From: Octopus sinensis
Lineage: Eukaryota
Assembly (NCBI RefSeq): GCF_006345805.1
Contig: NC_043002.1
Location: 116,312,001-116,376,000, forward strand
Direction: 5' to 3'
Length of the DNA stretch: 64,000 nt
Part shown: positions 25,900 through 38,671 of the stretch, one piece after another
How the letters are laid out: every line of letters starts with the position of its first letter
Position numbering within the stretch: position 1 is the first letter of the stretch
Translations under genes and position numbers: made by a program
Notes under the pieces: generated by a model
The model's input: only the letters and a program-made list of their open reading frames with translations
Told to the model about the DNA's origin: nothing
Database searches by the model: none

Positions 25900-26200
25900 T
25901 AACTGAGGGCATTTGAGCGGTGTAGATCATCTGGTTGGCCCGTCGAACAATTAGTTCAATCCTAAAGGAGTTGGAATGGAATTAATGTCGGTGACAATAG
26001 TTAGCCAGTGAAAACTGTAATATTTTGGCCTAAACTTTAGCGCTTACATCCACGGAGTGGAAGGCGGGGTGACAAAAAACAAACTCGTGAGCAACAATGA
26101 GGTTGGAGCGATGACATCAAGGAATATGCAAAGAGGAACCTAGTAAAGTAACACGAAATCGCAGTGTATGATAAGAAGCGGTGGTGGCTCTTGAAACCCA
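25900..26200 (+). mobile_element. Degraded RTE-type LINE 3' fragment
   Basis: Residual YFG and WSDDIKEYAKR motifs, heavily decayed. Confidence 0.45.
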
Positions 26201-26257
26201 CAATCCTAAAGATCTTAAAGATCGATACTTATTCCACCGGGCACTTATGCCTAACTG

Positions 26258-26548
26258 CTAGTTTTCGGGGACATATACAAACCAACACTGATTATCAAGA
26301 GGTTGCGTGAGCACACACACACACACCTCGAGGTGCCATGCTGTAGGACTGAAACCGGAACCATGTGGTTGGGAAGCAAACTTATGACTAGGCAGCCATG
26401 TCTGTGCTTGTGTTGTAAGAAGCTTGCTTTCCGACCATAGATTCAGTCTCACTGCATGGGACCTTACATAAATGTTTTCTACTATTGCCACGAACCGATC
26501 AAAACCTTGTGAGTGGATTTGGTAGACGGAAACTGAAAGAAGCCTGTC

Positions 26549-26602
<54 letters not shown>

Positions 26603-26780
26603 GTGTGTGTGTGTGCATGTTTGTCCTCTCATCACCGCTTGAGAACCGGTGTTGGTGTGTTTATGTCCTCGTAGCTTAGCGGTTCGGCAAAAGAAAACGA
26701 TAAGCACCAGCCTTCAGAAATAAGTCCTTGGGTTCGATTCATTCGACTAAAAACTCTTCAACGCGGTGACTGAAACAAGT
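26258..26780. mobile_element. Head-to-head pair of family A tRNA-derived SINEs
   Basis: Minus copy about 26258-26405 and plus copy about 26405-26780. Both show the family hallmarks; the plus copy carries gtgagtggatttggtagacggaaactgaaagaagc and a tgactgaaacaagtaaaa tail. Confidence 0.75.
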
Positions 26781-27271
26781 AAAAATACACCCCCCACCCC
26801 CACCCACATATATAATGGTAGCAGTTGTGCTGAACATTATGTTATAAATTTTGTGCGAAAGACGCTGATGGCAACAAGCGTATAGCTGCCGACATTGCCT
26901 CTTTTTGCCTCTTGCTGATATTCTTGTGCCAATGGACAAATATTTCCGCGCTGCAGCCACAAAATGATCTTTCATGTAACTTTGCTGAGAGAATGAGGAG
27001 TATACTGCTTAGTTTTGACTTCAAATGGGAAAAAGTATATTAATATGAGTTATATCCCCATGAGATGGTTTGAGTCTGACTGACTATGATACTAAATCAG
27101 TCACCTTATGTTACTAAACGATTAAAACCCCAGTAATTGATAAGAATATTTGAATTTTCAGTGATTAAGAGCTATAAGCTTCTGTTGTCTCATAGAAGAG
27201 AAATCATTTTGCTAAAACGTATTCACTAGAAAGCTGTTAAATCAAATTACATTTTGGTTAATTTTACTTAC

Positions 27272-27419
27272 TGATTTCAACTTTTGCATAAACTCAGCTG
27301 TATTAAAATTTCCTTTGTGGTGGGGTGCATAAGTAAGAAGAGCTCTTCTAGTAATTTCCGCTACATCCTTTGCTACGGCGTTCTGGGGGTGCATATCGAA
27401 GCTGTCCATTTTGATGTAC
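27272..27419 (-). CDS. iGluR ATD exon (5' boundary uncertain)
   Basis: Donor TCA|gtaagt is in phase 0 with the next exon. YIKMDSFDMHPQNAVAKDVAEITRRALLTYAPHHKGNFNTAEFMQKLKS resembles the ALxYDAV..AL helix. The expected acceptor reads ttttcg|g rather than ag. Confidence 0.7.
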
Positions 27420-28169
27420 CGAAAAGTGAATAACTTACATTTTACTGCATACAATTTCATTTTGAAGTAATTATTTCCTGATAGAGGTTCAAAAGAAGAT
27501 GTCTAAATAAACAAAATGATAACAGAAAAGAAAACTTATAAAGGCGAAAATGCAATATTAGTTCGACAAATAAATATTTTGTTTACAAGTAATTTATGGA
27601 CACGTTTCTTTTGCGTTATTAAAGTCATTTATCTACATTTACACCATAAATGCGTATGGTAAATGCTTGAACTCACATTTTCTCTGCAATGTAAATAATT
27701 ATTTGCCTATATGTCTTTGAAAAGACATGAATGACATAAATTTCCATTACCTTTCCTTTGAAAATGTTAAGAATCCATCCATGGAATCCACCGTAGAGAA
27801 GTATGATATCCAATGGTTTGTGCGGATAAATTAGAGATGAATATAACATAGTATTGGCGGATTTACTCTAGCGATTACATACTTCCTGTAATCAAAACAA
27901 ATTACAAGGCCAACAAAGATGACTGGAGAGTCTAGTAGTAGTTCGAGTACTGAAGCAGCTCCATACGTTCAAAGAATGATGAAAACTCAGTACTCTCATC
28001 TTAGGAAATACTTTTTAATCATATAATGTTTCTCTACCCTGTAGTGGCGAGTGGTACGCATCTATCTGATTAATGTACAGCTAAACTTTCCTCAGATTTG
28101 ACTTCGGGTTAAACAAATGCCAGAGAAAAACGTATTCCACATTTCATATATACACACACACTCACGCAC

Positions 28170-28630
28170 ACTGACTTTATGGAGGCTTTCGACAGCATGT
28201 TTGCCACGAGGTAGGCCCCCTTCCGGTTACCCATAGAGTAAAACAAGGCTGTGTGCTCACTCCAAAGCTGTTTGTGCTGTTTCTGTGCTAAACAACATCT
28301 TGACTAAGATAAGATCCACCAGGAAACAGTGAGGAAGCAACGTCGCATAAAACTGTCGGCAGGATGCACAGTAGCCCTACTGTATATCTGTTGATTTTGC
28401 TCATTACACACTGAGTCGTTGACATAAAGAAAAGTTGTCGGTTGTCCCAGTTACGATCTATAGCAAACATATCTTGGCAGGAGTATATCTCAAGACAGTA
28501 AGACCTGCAGCGTGTAGATATGTCTAGTGTTAAGTCTATACTGATATAATCGTAGCTGCAATGCGTGAGAGTAAGGATGCCACCGAGCAACTTCGCAGTT
28601 AAGTTAACATCCTGATTGTGACTGCATAGA
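28170..28630 (+). mobile_element. RTE-clade LINE RT fragment
   Basis: DFMEAFDS and PVTHRVKQGCVLTPKLF motifs, degraded downstream. Confidence 0.7.
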
Positions 28631-29225
28631 AAGAGATAGTAACTAACTGCAAACAATTGTGGAAAGTTAAGTTGGATTTTTAAGAAAATTCAAAACACAA
28701 CAAAAACTTACTGGATCTATGAACACAAATACCCGGTTTTCATCTTTTAATAATGAAAAATCTTTCGCCTGCAAATATAAAAATAGATACTGCTTTATTA
28801 TGTATACGCAGGCATATATATATGCATACCCACACATATGTATATATGGGTACAGGACGTCACCGACGGTGCAAATAACATTAAATACGTAAACAAACGA
28901 GGGAAAAACGAGTAAGATACGTAAACACGAGAAAAATGGAAAAACAGGACAACACAGAACCCTTCATCAGTTGTTGGCTGGCTATCTACTCCTCATTTCA
29001 AGCATTCAACAACAATATTCAAAGACAGTTGCATCCATAAACTCTAAAATAAAATTTAGGATTTATGGAGGGTGAAAGTTGGGAATAAAAAATAACAGTG
29101 GAGACATACAAGGAAACCGAACGAAAACAAACATGGAGGGTCATTAGAACGAGAAGAAATTAGTGAACGCTGGGAGAAACATCTTTTTTGAAAAGAGAAA
29201 AGATGGAAGAGAGAGAGAGTACGCC

Positions 29226-29278
<53 letters not shown>

Positions 29279-29281
<3 letters not shown>

Positions 29282-29863
29282 TAGCAGCTAAACCCGGTTT
29301 CACCCGGTCGGTTTGGATGATGTGGCTGTAAAACCTTCTCAGTGTAAGCATTCGACTTGTTTGGACACGCTTCCGTTAAAAACAATTTTTAGAATGACTC
29401 TTTTCCGGCAAAACGCTATAAATAACGCACAAAAAAAATCCAACGAAGATTCAACCAAATCAAAAAAACCCCCCAAATACTAAGCGAACAAAGATGAACC
29501 ATCCCACTCCCCTTGCGCGCTGACACGCACACACACGCAAACACACACACACGCACACACTGACACGCACGCATTCACATACTCCCCCTTTTACATCCAC
29601 ATATATTCACACAGAGTTGAAATGCTCACCCCTTCCTTCCTTATTCATCGATCACCCCTGCCTTTCTCATTCATAAACACAAGAGTATTATTATAGTAGA
29701 TTATCTCGGTAACCATGGGAGCTATGAAAAAATACAAAGCCTAGCAACACCACTGGATCGTTCTACACACCTGTGTAATTTTTCACGCAATTCCACTCAG
29801 CCATTTGACCGTGACTCCCAAGACAAGAAAGAATCGCCCATGTCAAGTTTATATGTATAGATA
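29279..29863 (+). mobile_element. Possible non-autonomous Helitron/Helentron-like element
   Basis: Begins tactagcagctaaacccggtttcacccgg and ends tatatgtatagat, similar to the termini of Lep1/DINE-like rolling-circle elements (recalled, not searched). Confidence 0.45.
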
Positions 29864-29924
29864 ACAATACGCGCGCGCGCACACGCACACATAACAACCA
29901 ATCATTCGTCTAGTGGTTAAGCAG

Positions 29925-29959
<35 letters not shown>

Positions 29960-29960
<1 letters not shown>

Positions 29961-30190
29961 GAGTGTGTGATTAAGAGGCTTGCGTTGTTCCACTGCGCAG
30001 CACTTTAACCGAATGTTTTCTTTTATTGCCCCGGGTCGACCAATGCCTTGTGAGTAAATTTGGCTGATGGAAACTGTGTTTGTGTGTGTGCGTCTGTGTG
30101 TCTCTGTTTGTGTTGGTTTGTTCACATCCTAATTTCAAAAGAGACTGATGCAATATGTACCAGACTTAACACTAAGTTCTAGTGTTAATT
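29960..30190 (+). mobile_element. Family A SINE, degraded
   Basis: ccactgcgcagcact...ccttgtgagtaaatttggctgatggaaactg. Confidence 0.6.
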
Positions 30191-30240
30191 TGTTTATCTA
30201 AACCCTTCATGTCCAGCATTCAATGATTGAAGCGAGTCAA

Positions 30241-30329
<89 letters not shown>

Positions 30330-30355
30330 TTCTCTCTCTCTCTAAATATATATAT

Positions 30356-30432
<77 letters not shown>

Positions 30433-30440
30433 ACACACAC
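30241..30440. repeat. Compound microsatellite (ATCT)n-(CT)n-(TA)n-(CA)n
   Basis: Seen directly. Confidence 0.95.
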
Positions 30441-30879
30441 ACAATTACAAATGAGCTGCTGCTAATAGCTTCATGCTTTTAATATACCTTAAATTGACAG
30501 ATTTATTAAACATACCATGCATCGCCAAGTAATCTTAGATGTATTTATGAACCAGGACGCTGGAATATGAGAAAGAATGAGAAAAAAAGCGAGAAGAATA
30601 AACTGAGAAGAAAAAAAAGTGAAGAAGAATTGTGATGCAAATAGTGGAGCGGAATGAAAAGTAAGAAAACCAAGATCTTTGGTCTTCTTTGACTGTAGAA
30701 GCCATAATTAAATAAGCTGGTGCAGAATGATATATTAGAAAGGAGGCCAAAGTCTGTGAGATAGCCACTCAATCCAGAGCGGGCGCTGTCCTCCAGCTCG
30801 TCAAAAGAAATCTGTCCATTTATTTGAATTTGCTAAAAGTTTTGAACCTGGATTTAAGTAGTGTGTTACTCTCCTTGGA

Positions 30880-31440
30880 ACTGAAACGAATATGCGATCT
30901 TTCATCCGTTTATATATGGCGTAATTTCTCCACCGTTCTCGATTTGATTGTATTTTGTGCGCATTTGGGCTTCAGATTGCATACATGGCTAACCAACTTA
31001 GTGGTCTTACTTTTAGCAATGTGATGAATAACGACTTTTAAAATTGCCTTTGCATAAACCAATGCAACTTTTCTTCTCGATTATGCTCTTTTGGAACTCT
31101 GTTGAAACTTCGGCTTCATAAATAACTGTATTTATCAAACACACCTGATCAAACGGGCAATCTTCAGGGTTTCGACAGTTACATCTGGGAGTAGGCTATT
31201 GATGTGGCATATTGGGACAGCAGCTGTACGAAATTTTTACTGAGTGCTTATTTTTCTTCTTGTTTTACTCTCATGTTATCTCACAGTGCAGCGTCCTGAT
31301 TTTTAGATACATCTAACGTATGAACTGAGCTTGGAGATACACGTCTTGTTATATGAATCAGCCAATTTAATGTCACTTAAGAGCATGAAACTATTAGCAG
31401 TGTTTTTGCAAATGTGTATATCAAATGACATTTATCTCTG
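30880..31440 (-). mobile_element. Penelope-like GIY-YIG remnant
   Basis: CNCRNPEDCPFDQVCLINTVIYEAEV..CIGLCKGNFKSRYSSH..KLVSHVCNLK. Same architecture as the 12.7-13.7 kb copy. Confidence 0.75.
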
Positions 31441-32750
31441 ACTGGATGGACTACATGCATACATACATACACGCACACACACAAACACACACAAACACAC
31501 ACACACACACACACACACACCACGCACACACACACACACACATATGTATATATATTTTCATATATATATATATATTAGTGAGTGTATAGTGATAAACTTA
31601 TCCAAGCCTGTATCTAGGCAGCTCTCAGATATACATAAGGTTATAGCTAACCTCATCAAATAACGATAAGCGTCAATGATCGCTTACTGTTAGCACTCAC
31701 GCTATAATTCTTCTGACGCGAACTCCTGGTTCAGTACTCTGGATTATGACTATTATCAGGAGTGTAGATTTCAAACAATTAAAAAGTGTATGGAGACTGG
31801 TAGATCATCAAATTTCTCTTTTAATTTTACTGTTGATCATACAGCATAATTATTTGGTTACAATGACCCAAGGGTGTTTCTGCTGATTAGAATTTAAGCA
31901 GTTGACCATACAACCATCATAATCTCCTGGGTCCTTCAAACAAGCGTGATTCAAAGCGAACTGAGTTAATTTCTTTACATGTTGCTAGTTTAAGATACCA
32001 AGGGAAGTGATAGGAGATAAGTTGAAATCCAATATGGCTATAAAGTTTATTTTAGGGTATCCTCAACTTAATGCCAGCGCAGAGCGGAAATTGGGAGTTA
32101 AATGTATGTTAAATTCCCAGGGTTAAAGGAGTGAATAGAGTTAATGTGTAACTTAGTTACGTCGATAGCGTTCCATCAATATATTTTATAATTGTGCACT
32201 TATTAAGTTATTCATAAGTTTCCATACCTGTATGGGTTGCTATGATTTATAAAACAAAAAAAGGAAGATATTCTAAGATAATGAAATCATGATATTTAGT
32301 TGAACGTTAGGCCATATAGTGTCCCGATATATACCTCTATCATTCTACCTTTCCCTTTTTTGTATAGGATATCTGCATGAAAATTCTTAAAGATTTTCCC
32401 ATGCAAGTGTAAACATATCAAGGCCTGTTCTAGTCTACTAGAAACTGGTGTTTCGATGTAAACATCCGATATATTTCTTCTATGCACAAATCATGAGACT
32501 AAAAACCGAACCAGAAGATCATATCGCCATCACTCGATCAAGACATCAGGCATTGCATTAGTCTGGGTAACTCGCACGACCGGATTTTCACACACACACA
32601 CACACACATACACACGTTTACAATATTATTCAAAAGTCATTTTAGTATTAGTATAAACTGGATAACAACAGTGGGTAGCTGAAGTCAATTTGCACTTCTA
32701 AATCTGCGTCTCGTCTTCTCATTCTTCATTTCATTCGCTCGTATTGCTCC

Positions 32751-32929
32751 TCACTTTTTCACTACAACATTACTACACACCTTATTGCAACATTCGTTAA
32801 CAATCCCCGCAGGAGTTACTCGTTGAGTACTCACAAATGAGGTTTTCCAGAGTAGAAAGTATATTGCCCTGTCGTGCGTTCTGTCAAATTTGACCATCGG
32901 GCCATCCTGGGCCGCTGAATTAGTTATGT
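32751..32929 (-). pseudogene. Insulin-like peptide C-peptide/A-chain exon, truncated (pseudogene or atypical ILP)
   Basis: Phase-1 acceptor ttatgcag| at 32930/32929, open frame to GIVNECCNKVCSNVVVKK*. Matches GIVxxCCxxxC but lacks the terminal YC. No B-chain exon found. Confidence 0.6.
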
Positions 32930-33019
32930 CTGCATAATTTAACAGCAATATTATAATATTATATTATACCATTTTCTCGAGAATTAACATTTTTTCGTCT
33001 TCTGATGATACGTTTTGCG

Positions 33020-33065
33020 AATATATATATATATATATATAAATGAATAAATAATATATATATAT

Positions 33066-33107
<42 letters not shown>

Positions 33108-33290
33108 TATATATAATATATATATATACACATACATATATATATATATACACATACATATATATATATATACACATCATATATATATATATATACACAT
33201 ACATATATATATATACATATACACATACATATATACATATATACATATACACACATATATATACACACATATACATATACATATATACAC

Positions 33291-33328
<38 letters not shown>

Positions 33329-33376
33329 TGCATACATATATATATATATACATATATACATATATATACACAGACA

Positions 33377-33426
<50 letters not shown>

Positions 33427-33552
33427 ATATATATATACACATACATATGTATACATACACATATATACATATATATATATATACATACATATATTTATAG
33501 ATATACATATATATGCATATATATATATATATATATTATATAATATTATATA

Positions 33553-33608
<56 letters not shown>

Positions 33609-33620
33609 CTTATATATACG
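33020..33620. repeat. (TA)n/(TACA)n array
   Basis: Seen directly. Confidence 0.95.
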
Positions 33621-34259
33621 CACACACACGTGTGCACACATACACACACGTGTGCACACATACACACATAAAACCATTTGAAACAAAATAACAAATTTAG
33701 TGCTACAAATATAAATATAACAAAATTGTAAGATAATAAAGTTTTTTATACATACCATTGACATGTTTAAGAGATTTGTGGAATCACGCTTGTATGTATG
33801 TATCTCCGTATATATACACACATATATATACGTATATATATATATGTACATAGACGTATATATATATATACACACACATTCGTACACATATATCTATCCA
33901 ACTACACACACACACGCACACAAAAATGTGAATTGCTTGTATATTTCTTTTCCATTCAGAAACTACAAGACGAACAGAGTAAAACATATAAACATATATT
34001 ATTAATCGCCACCTTACAGGGGAAGATTTTTATTCAATTTATTTTCAGAATTAATGATGACACATCCCTCAAACTACACTCGTCTATCTGCCAAGAGAGA
34101 TGGAGAAAGAAAGAAAATTGAAATAGATTAGTTGTGGAAGCTGTCTCACTTTCTTTCATTCAATCATTTATTCTTTATTTCATTCGTTCTTTCTTTTCTT
34201 TCTTTCTTTCTTCGTCTGAAATAATCGAATGCAAAAAGATGGAGAATGAGAGGAACACT

Positions 34260-34320
<61 letters not shown>

Positions 34321-34702
34321 AATACAGAGAGAGGGAGAAATACGATAGAACTGATGGCGGTGGTACATTTGTGTTAACGTCAATATCTCTGCTTTTCTTT
34401 CTTCTTCAAACTTTAATCATCCTACCTTTTTTTTGTCTCTATATTGTCAATTTATCACAGAACATAGGCTTCGATATGGAACTTCGTGTAATGCCTTGTG
34501 TAAAATAGTATAAATTCAGAGCCAAGCTACAACGTGGTAACAAATGCCATATATAGTTTATATATAATTTCATTACACACGTTTCAATAACCGTTTGTAG
34601 AACGTGTTCATCAGATGAAAGAAATCAAAATATAAAACCGGATGAAAATACTACTCTTATATATGTATGTGTGTGTGTATACACACACATACACACACAC
34701 AC

Positions 34703-34773
<71 letters not shown>

Positions 34774-35099
34774 CAAAGAACCATGGAGTAACAAAGCAGA
34801 AATAATTACAGTCACAAGCGGTTATAAGACAGTAGTGAAGGAGAGACCGCAATATATATGTATATAAAAACGTAAATAAAATTATATACAGAGAAAATAA
34901 AATACAAATAAAAAATAATAAATATATAATCAAACAAAATATAAAATAAAAAAGACTTAAATAAAAATATGAAATAGAAACTTATAAATAGAATACAGAG
35001 GTGAAGGTGCTATAATGGGATAAGGAAATGAGAGTAAAGGAAAACGAGTGACAAAGGAAAAAGATGGAGAAGAAGAGAAAAATTAGGGTACATATTCTT

Positions 35100-36620
35100 T
35101 TCTACTCTAGGCACAAGGCCCGAAATTTTGGGGGAGGGGGCCCTGGTACTTAATTTATCGACCCCTTAAAGGATGAAGAGTAAAGTCGACCTCAGCGGAA
35201 TTTGAACTCAGAACGTAACGGCAGACGAAATACCTATTTCTTTACTACCCACAAGGGGCTAAACACAGAGAGGACAAGCAAGGACAGACAAACGGATTAA
35301 ATCGATTACATCGACCCCAGTGCGTAACTGGTACTTAATTTATCGACCCCGAAAGGATGAAAGGCAAAGTTGACCTTGGCAGAATTTGAACTCAGAACGT
35401 AACGGCAGGCGAAATACGGCTACGCATTTCGCCCGGCGTGCTAACGTTTCTGTCAGCTCGCCGCCTTCTAGGGTACATATATTGTGCAGCGAAGGGTTAA
35501 GTGATACGAACTTGTCATCGGGGAATTTTAGATGCAAATGACAGTATGATATATTTAAAGGTCTGTAGTGATAAATGGTACCACAACGGAACTCTGTGTA
35601 CAAATACGCCAGAAAATATTTTGGCAAACTACAAAGATTCACTAATTTTATGAATCTTAAAATCAAAACATTATTACACAGAGAAGAAAAATCTTATGAT
35701 GAAATTAAGAGTCCTTTCTACTTTGTGGTATAAGGTCTGAAAAATGTTAGGGGTGTGGTTTAATCGATTGCATCGACTCCAGTCTCAACTGGTTCGTATT
35801 TTAGTAACCCGGAAAGGATGAATAGCCAAGTCGACCAGGGCGGAATTTCGACCTCAGAAAGTCAAGACGGACTAAATGCTTCCAAGTATTCTGTCCGGCA
35901 TACCAACGATTCTGCTAGCTCGCAACCTTTACAATGACATTAATAATTCTTTCTATTATCGGTACAAGGACTGAAATTTGGAGGAAAGGGATTAAGTCGA
36001 TTACAACTGGTACCTATTTTATCGTTTCCGAAAGGATGAAAGGCAAAGTCGACTTCAGCGCGGAATTTGAACTCAGAACGGAAGGAGCTGGAAGAAATGC
36101 TGAGCATTTTGCCCAACGCAGTAACCATTCTACTAGCTCGTCACTTTAATATCATATAAACATAGTGGTTCCAAATTTTGGTAAAAGGCCATTGATTTTA
36201 TGGGGAAGGAGTTAGTCGATTACGTCGATCCTAGTGTTCAACGGATATTTATTTTATCGCGTCCCGATTTTATTAGCCTTAACGATTTTGCCTGCTCACC
36301 GCCTTATTAATATACTAACATAATAATAACAATTCTTTGTACATAAAACAAAAAGCCCGATAAAACAATTATAATTATATTAGTACTATTATAATTATAA
36401 TATACACAATAAGGAAGGTGGTGAACTTGCAGAATCGTTACCGCACCAGGCAAAATGCTTAGTGGCATTTTGTCCCTCTATACGTTCTAAGTTCAAATTC
36501 TACCGCGTTCGACTTTGCCTTTCATCCTTTAGGGGTCGATAAAATAAGAACCAACGGAATACTGGGGTCGATGTAATCGACTTATTTCCTATCCTGAAAC
36601 TGTTGGCCTTCTGCCAAAAT
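35100..36620. mobile_element. Cluster of about 6 family B SINE copies (five minus, last one plus)
   Basis: Repeated aaggatgaaaggcaaagtcgac..cggaatttgaactcagaacg (or variants) at about 35170, 35355, 35815 and 36035, a remnant at about 36165-36300, and an inverted copy at 36415-36620. Confidence 0.85.
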
Positions 36621-38671
36621 TTGAAATCAATATACACAATAAGGTTGATTAACTATTTCTAACAGATTACGCACTGATATGAGCTTTGAGACATGGTTAT
36701 ATGATGAATAATTTGCATATGTCAGTACTACTTAGTGGACGTGCATGATTCGATACGAGACATTCATTTCAAGATTCAAACAGGTGGAATGTGAAAAGGA
36801 AGTGCAAGAGAAAAGGAGGCACAAATTATGGAAGCTTATAATACCCGTATTTATACATTAGGCGTTGATGGATTACATATAGTAATATATGTTTAACTTA
36901 TTATTAGTAGTTAGACAATTATTAATTTTACGAAATGTTGTTACAGAATAACCATTTAGTTAGACCACTCCAATTAATGATTTATTCGTTTCGCTTATTA
37001 AAATGGTACCGATTTTCAGACTCACGTAAATACAATCAACATCCTTGGCCTATTCCATGGTAAGAGACGGCTGAATCAATAACCAATGTATTTCAACTTA
37101 ACATTCTTTGATTTTCAAGTTAGAATATATTCCGCTAGAAGACGTAGAATGCCTGAGTTTAATTCAGTTTCTTATTGATTGTATATAGAAATACTAATGC
37201 AATATCTAAAACTAGTATGCGTTGCAACAGCGTTTTCGTATATTCCAGTATTTCATACCTGTAAGTAGTAGGGATCGATGTATTGCTAGTCTACGATCTC
37301 AGAGCTGTTCCTACAACTCTTTCCTACAGATTTAAATATCTGAGCTCGAGTAGGAAAGTTATAGGAAGCATATTTTAAATTCAAGATATCAACCTCCTCA
37401 TTACGCTTTCCCATAACCTTTAATATCAATTTTGTGCTAATATTTTGACTATTTAATTTCGATCTAAGACCGCTACAGTATCCAGTAAATTCGCAGTAGT
37501 AGAATTCTATGTCTCATTATTATTCATCTGATGAATATGGTCTGTAAAAGATTATTGATACGTGCGTAATGAAACTAACTTGTTATATGTATGTCTATCA
37601 ACCATATGTAGCATAAGTTACCACTTAGGAAAATAGCTCGTAGTATGATTGGGAGTATTAGAAACTTCATACAGATAACATAGAATAACATGATTTCTAA
37701 ATTAGCGTTGATATTATTTCTAATTTCACAGCTACACTGCAAATACGCTTAGTTCGATTTTTTAGGAACATACATTAGATAGATACAATGATTCAGTAAA
37801 GAGTGTCTATAGATATCACATCTACGCACACCTATGATCAATGCTTAGACAAGTAACTAAATTAGTTTCTATATATGAACACAAACTAAGTTTTAGTAGT
37901 AATGGGCTACACCCACAAGTAATGCAGATTCACATTTTATATCCATTTAGATACACATGTGTGTACATATGCATATGTTACATATGCATACACGCATGAG
38001 TACACGTGTATGTGCGTATATATATATGAATGTATATATGTATGTGAATATACATGCGTCTATATATTATATTCGTGCATATATACATGTGTATGCGTAT
38101 GTATATAAAAATGTAATTTTAAATTGATAAATCTAAGTTTATTGATATTACATACTCATACACTTATATTTCTCTCTCTCTCTCACGGGGGCTATATATA
38201 TGTGCATACACACACACACAGAGGTACATACACGCACACACGCACACACACATACACACCAATGTAGATATGTTTAAAGCTAGCGAACCTAAGTTTTATT
38301 AATCATATTTATATTATCTTCCATGTGTTAAGAGCAAAGCCGGAAGTGGAATGTTATATACAGAACCATTAAAGCGATATTATTTTTAAATTAACGCTGC
38401 AGATTTGTAAAGTAAGACTGGAATTGTGCATACAATATTTATATTCTTACATTTAAGATTTTAAACTCGATATATTTCAACGTTGATGTGAATTAGAACT
38501 ACATCATAGATAAAGAGAAGTTTGCAGAAATACGATGATAAAGGCATTCTAGGTTTTTAGACCGTCTTATTATATTGTTTTAGTTTACTCTTTAATCCAT
38601 AAAAGATGATACTGTTCTTTGCTTAGAGAACCACAAAAGGTAAGAAATAAAAAGATGTGTTGTAAACAAAC

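Noticed and set aside
28950-29030. CTGATGAAGGG on the minus strand in a Penelope-like terminal remnant
   Set aside because: No downstream stem II/GAAA, and a permuted reading fails at stem I.
32930-33020. Basic stretch AKRIIRRRK joined to the insulin exon through a 40-nt GT-AG intron
   Set aside because: The intron is implausibly short and the upstream sequence is a TA array with no B-chain.
34800-34870. HIYCGLSFTTVL* as a B-chain relic
   Set aside because: Internal stop, no second Cys, and it is embedded in low-complexity sequence.
37830-37915. TCGCSPLLLKLSLC (Cx11C spacing) as a B-chain
   Set aside because: In-frame stop immediately upstream, Leu register off by one, and no signal peptide or splice sites.
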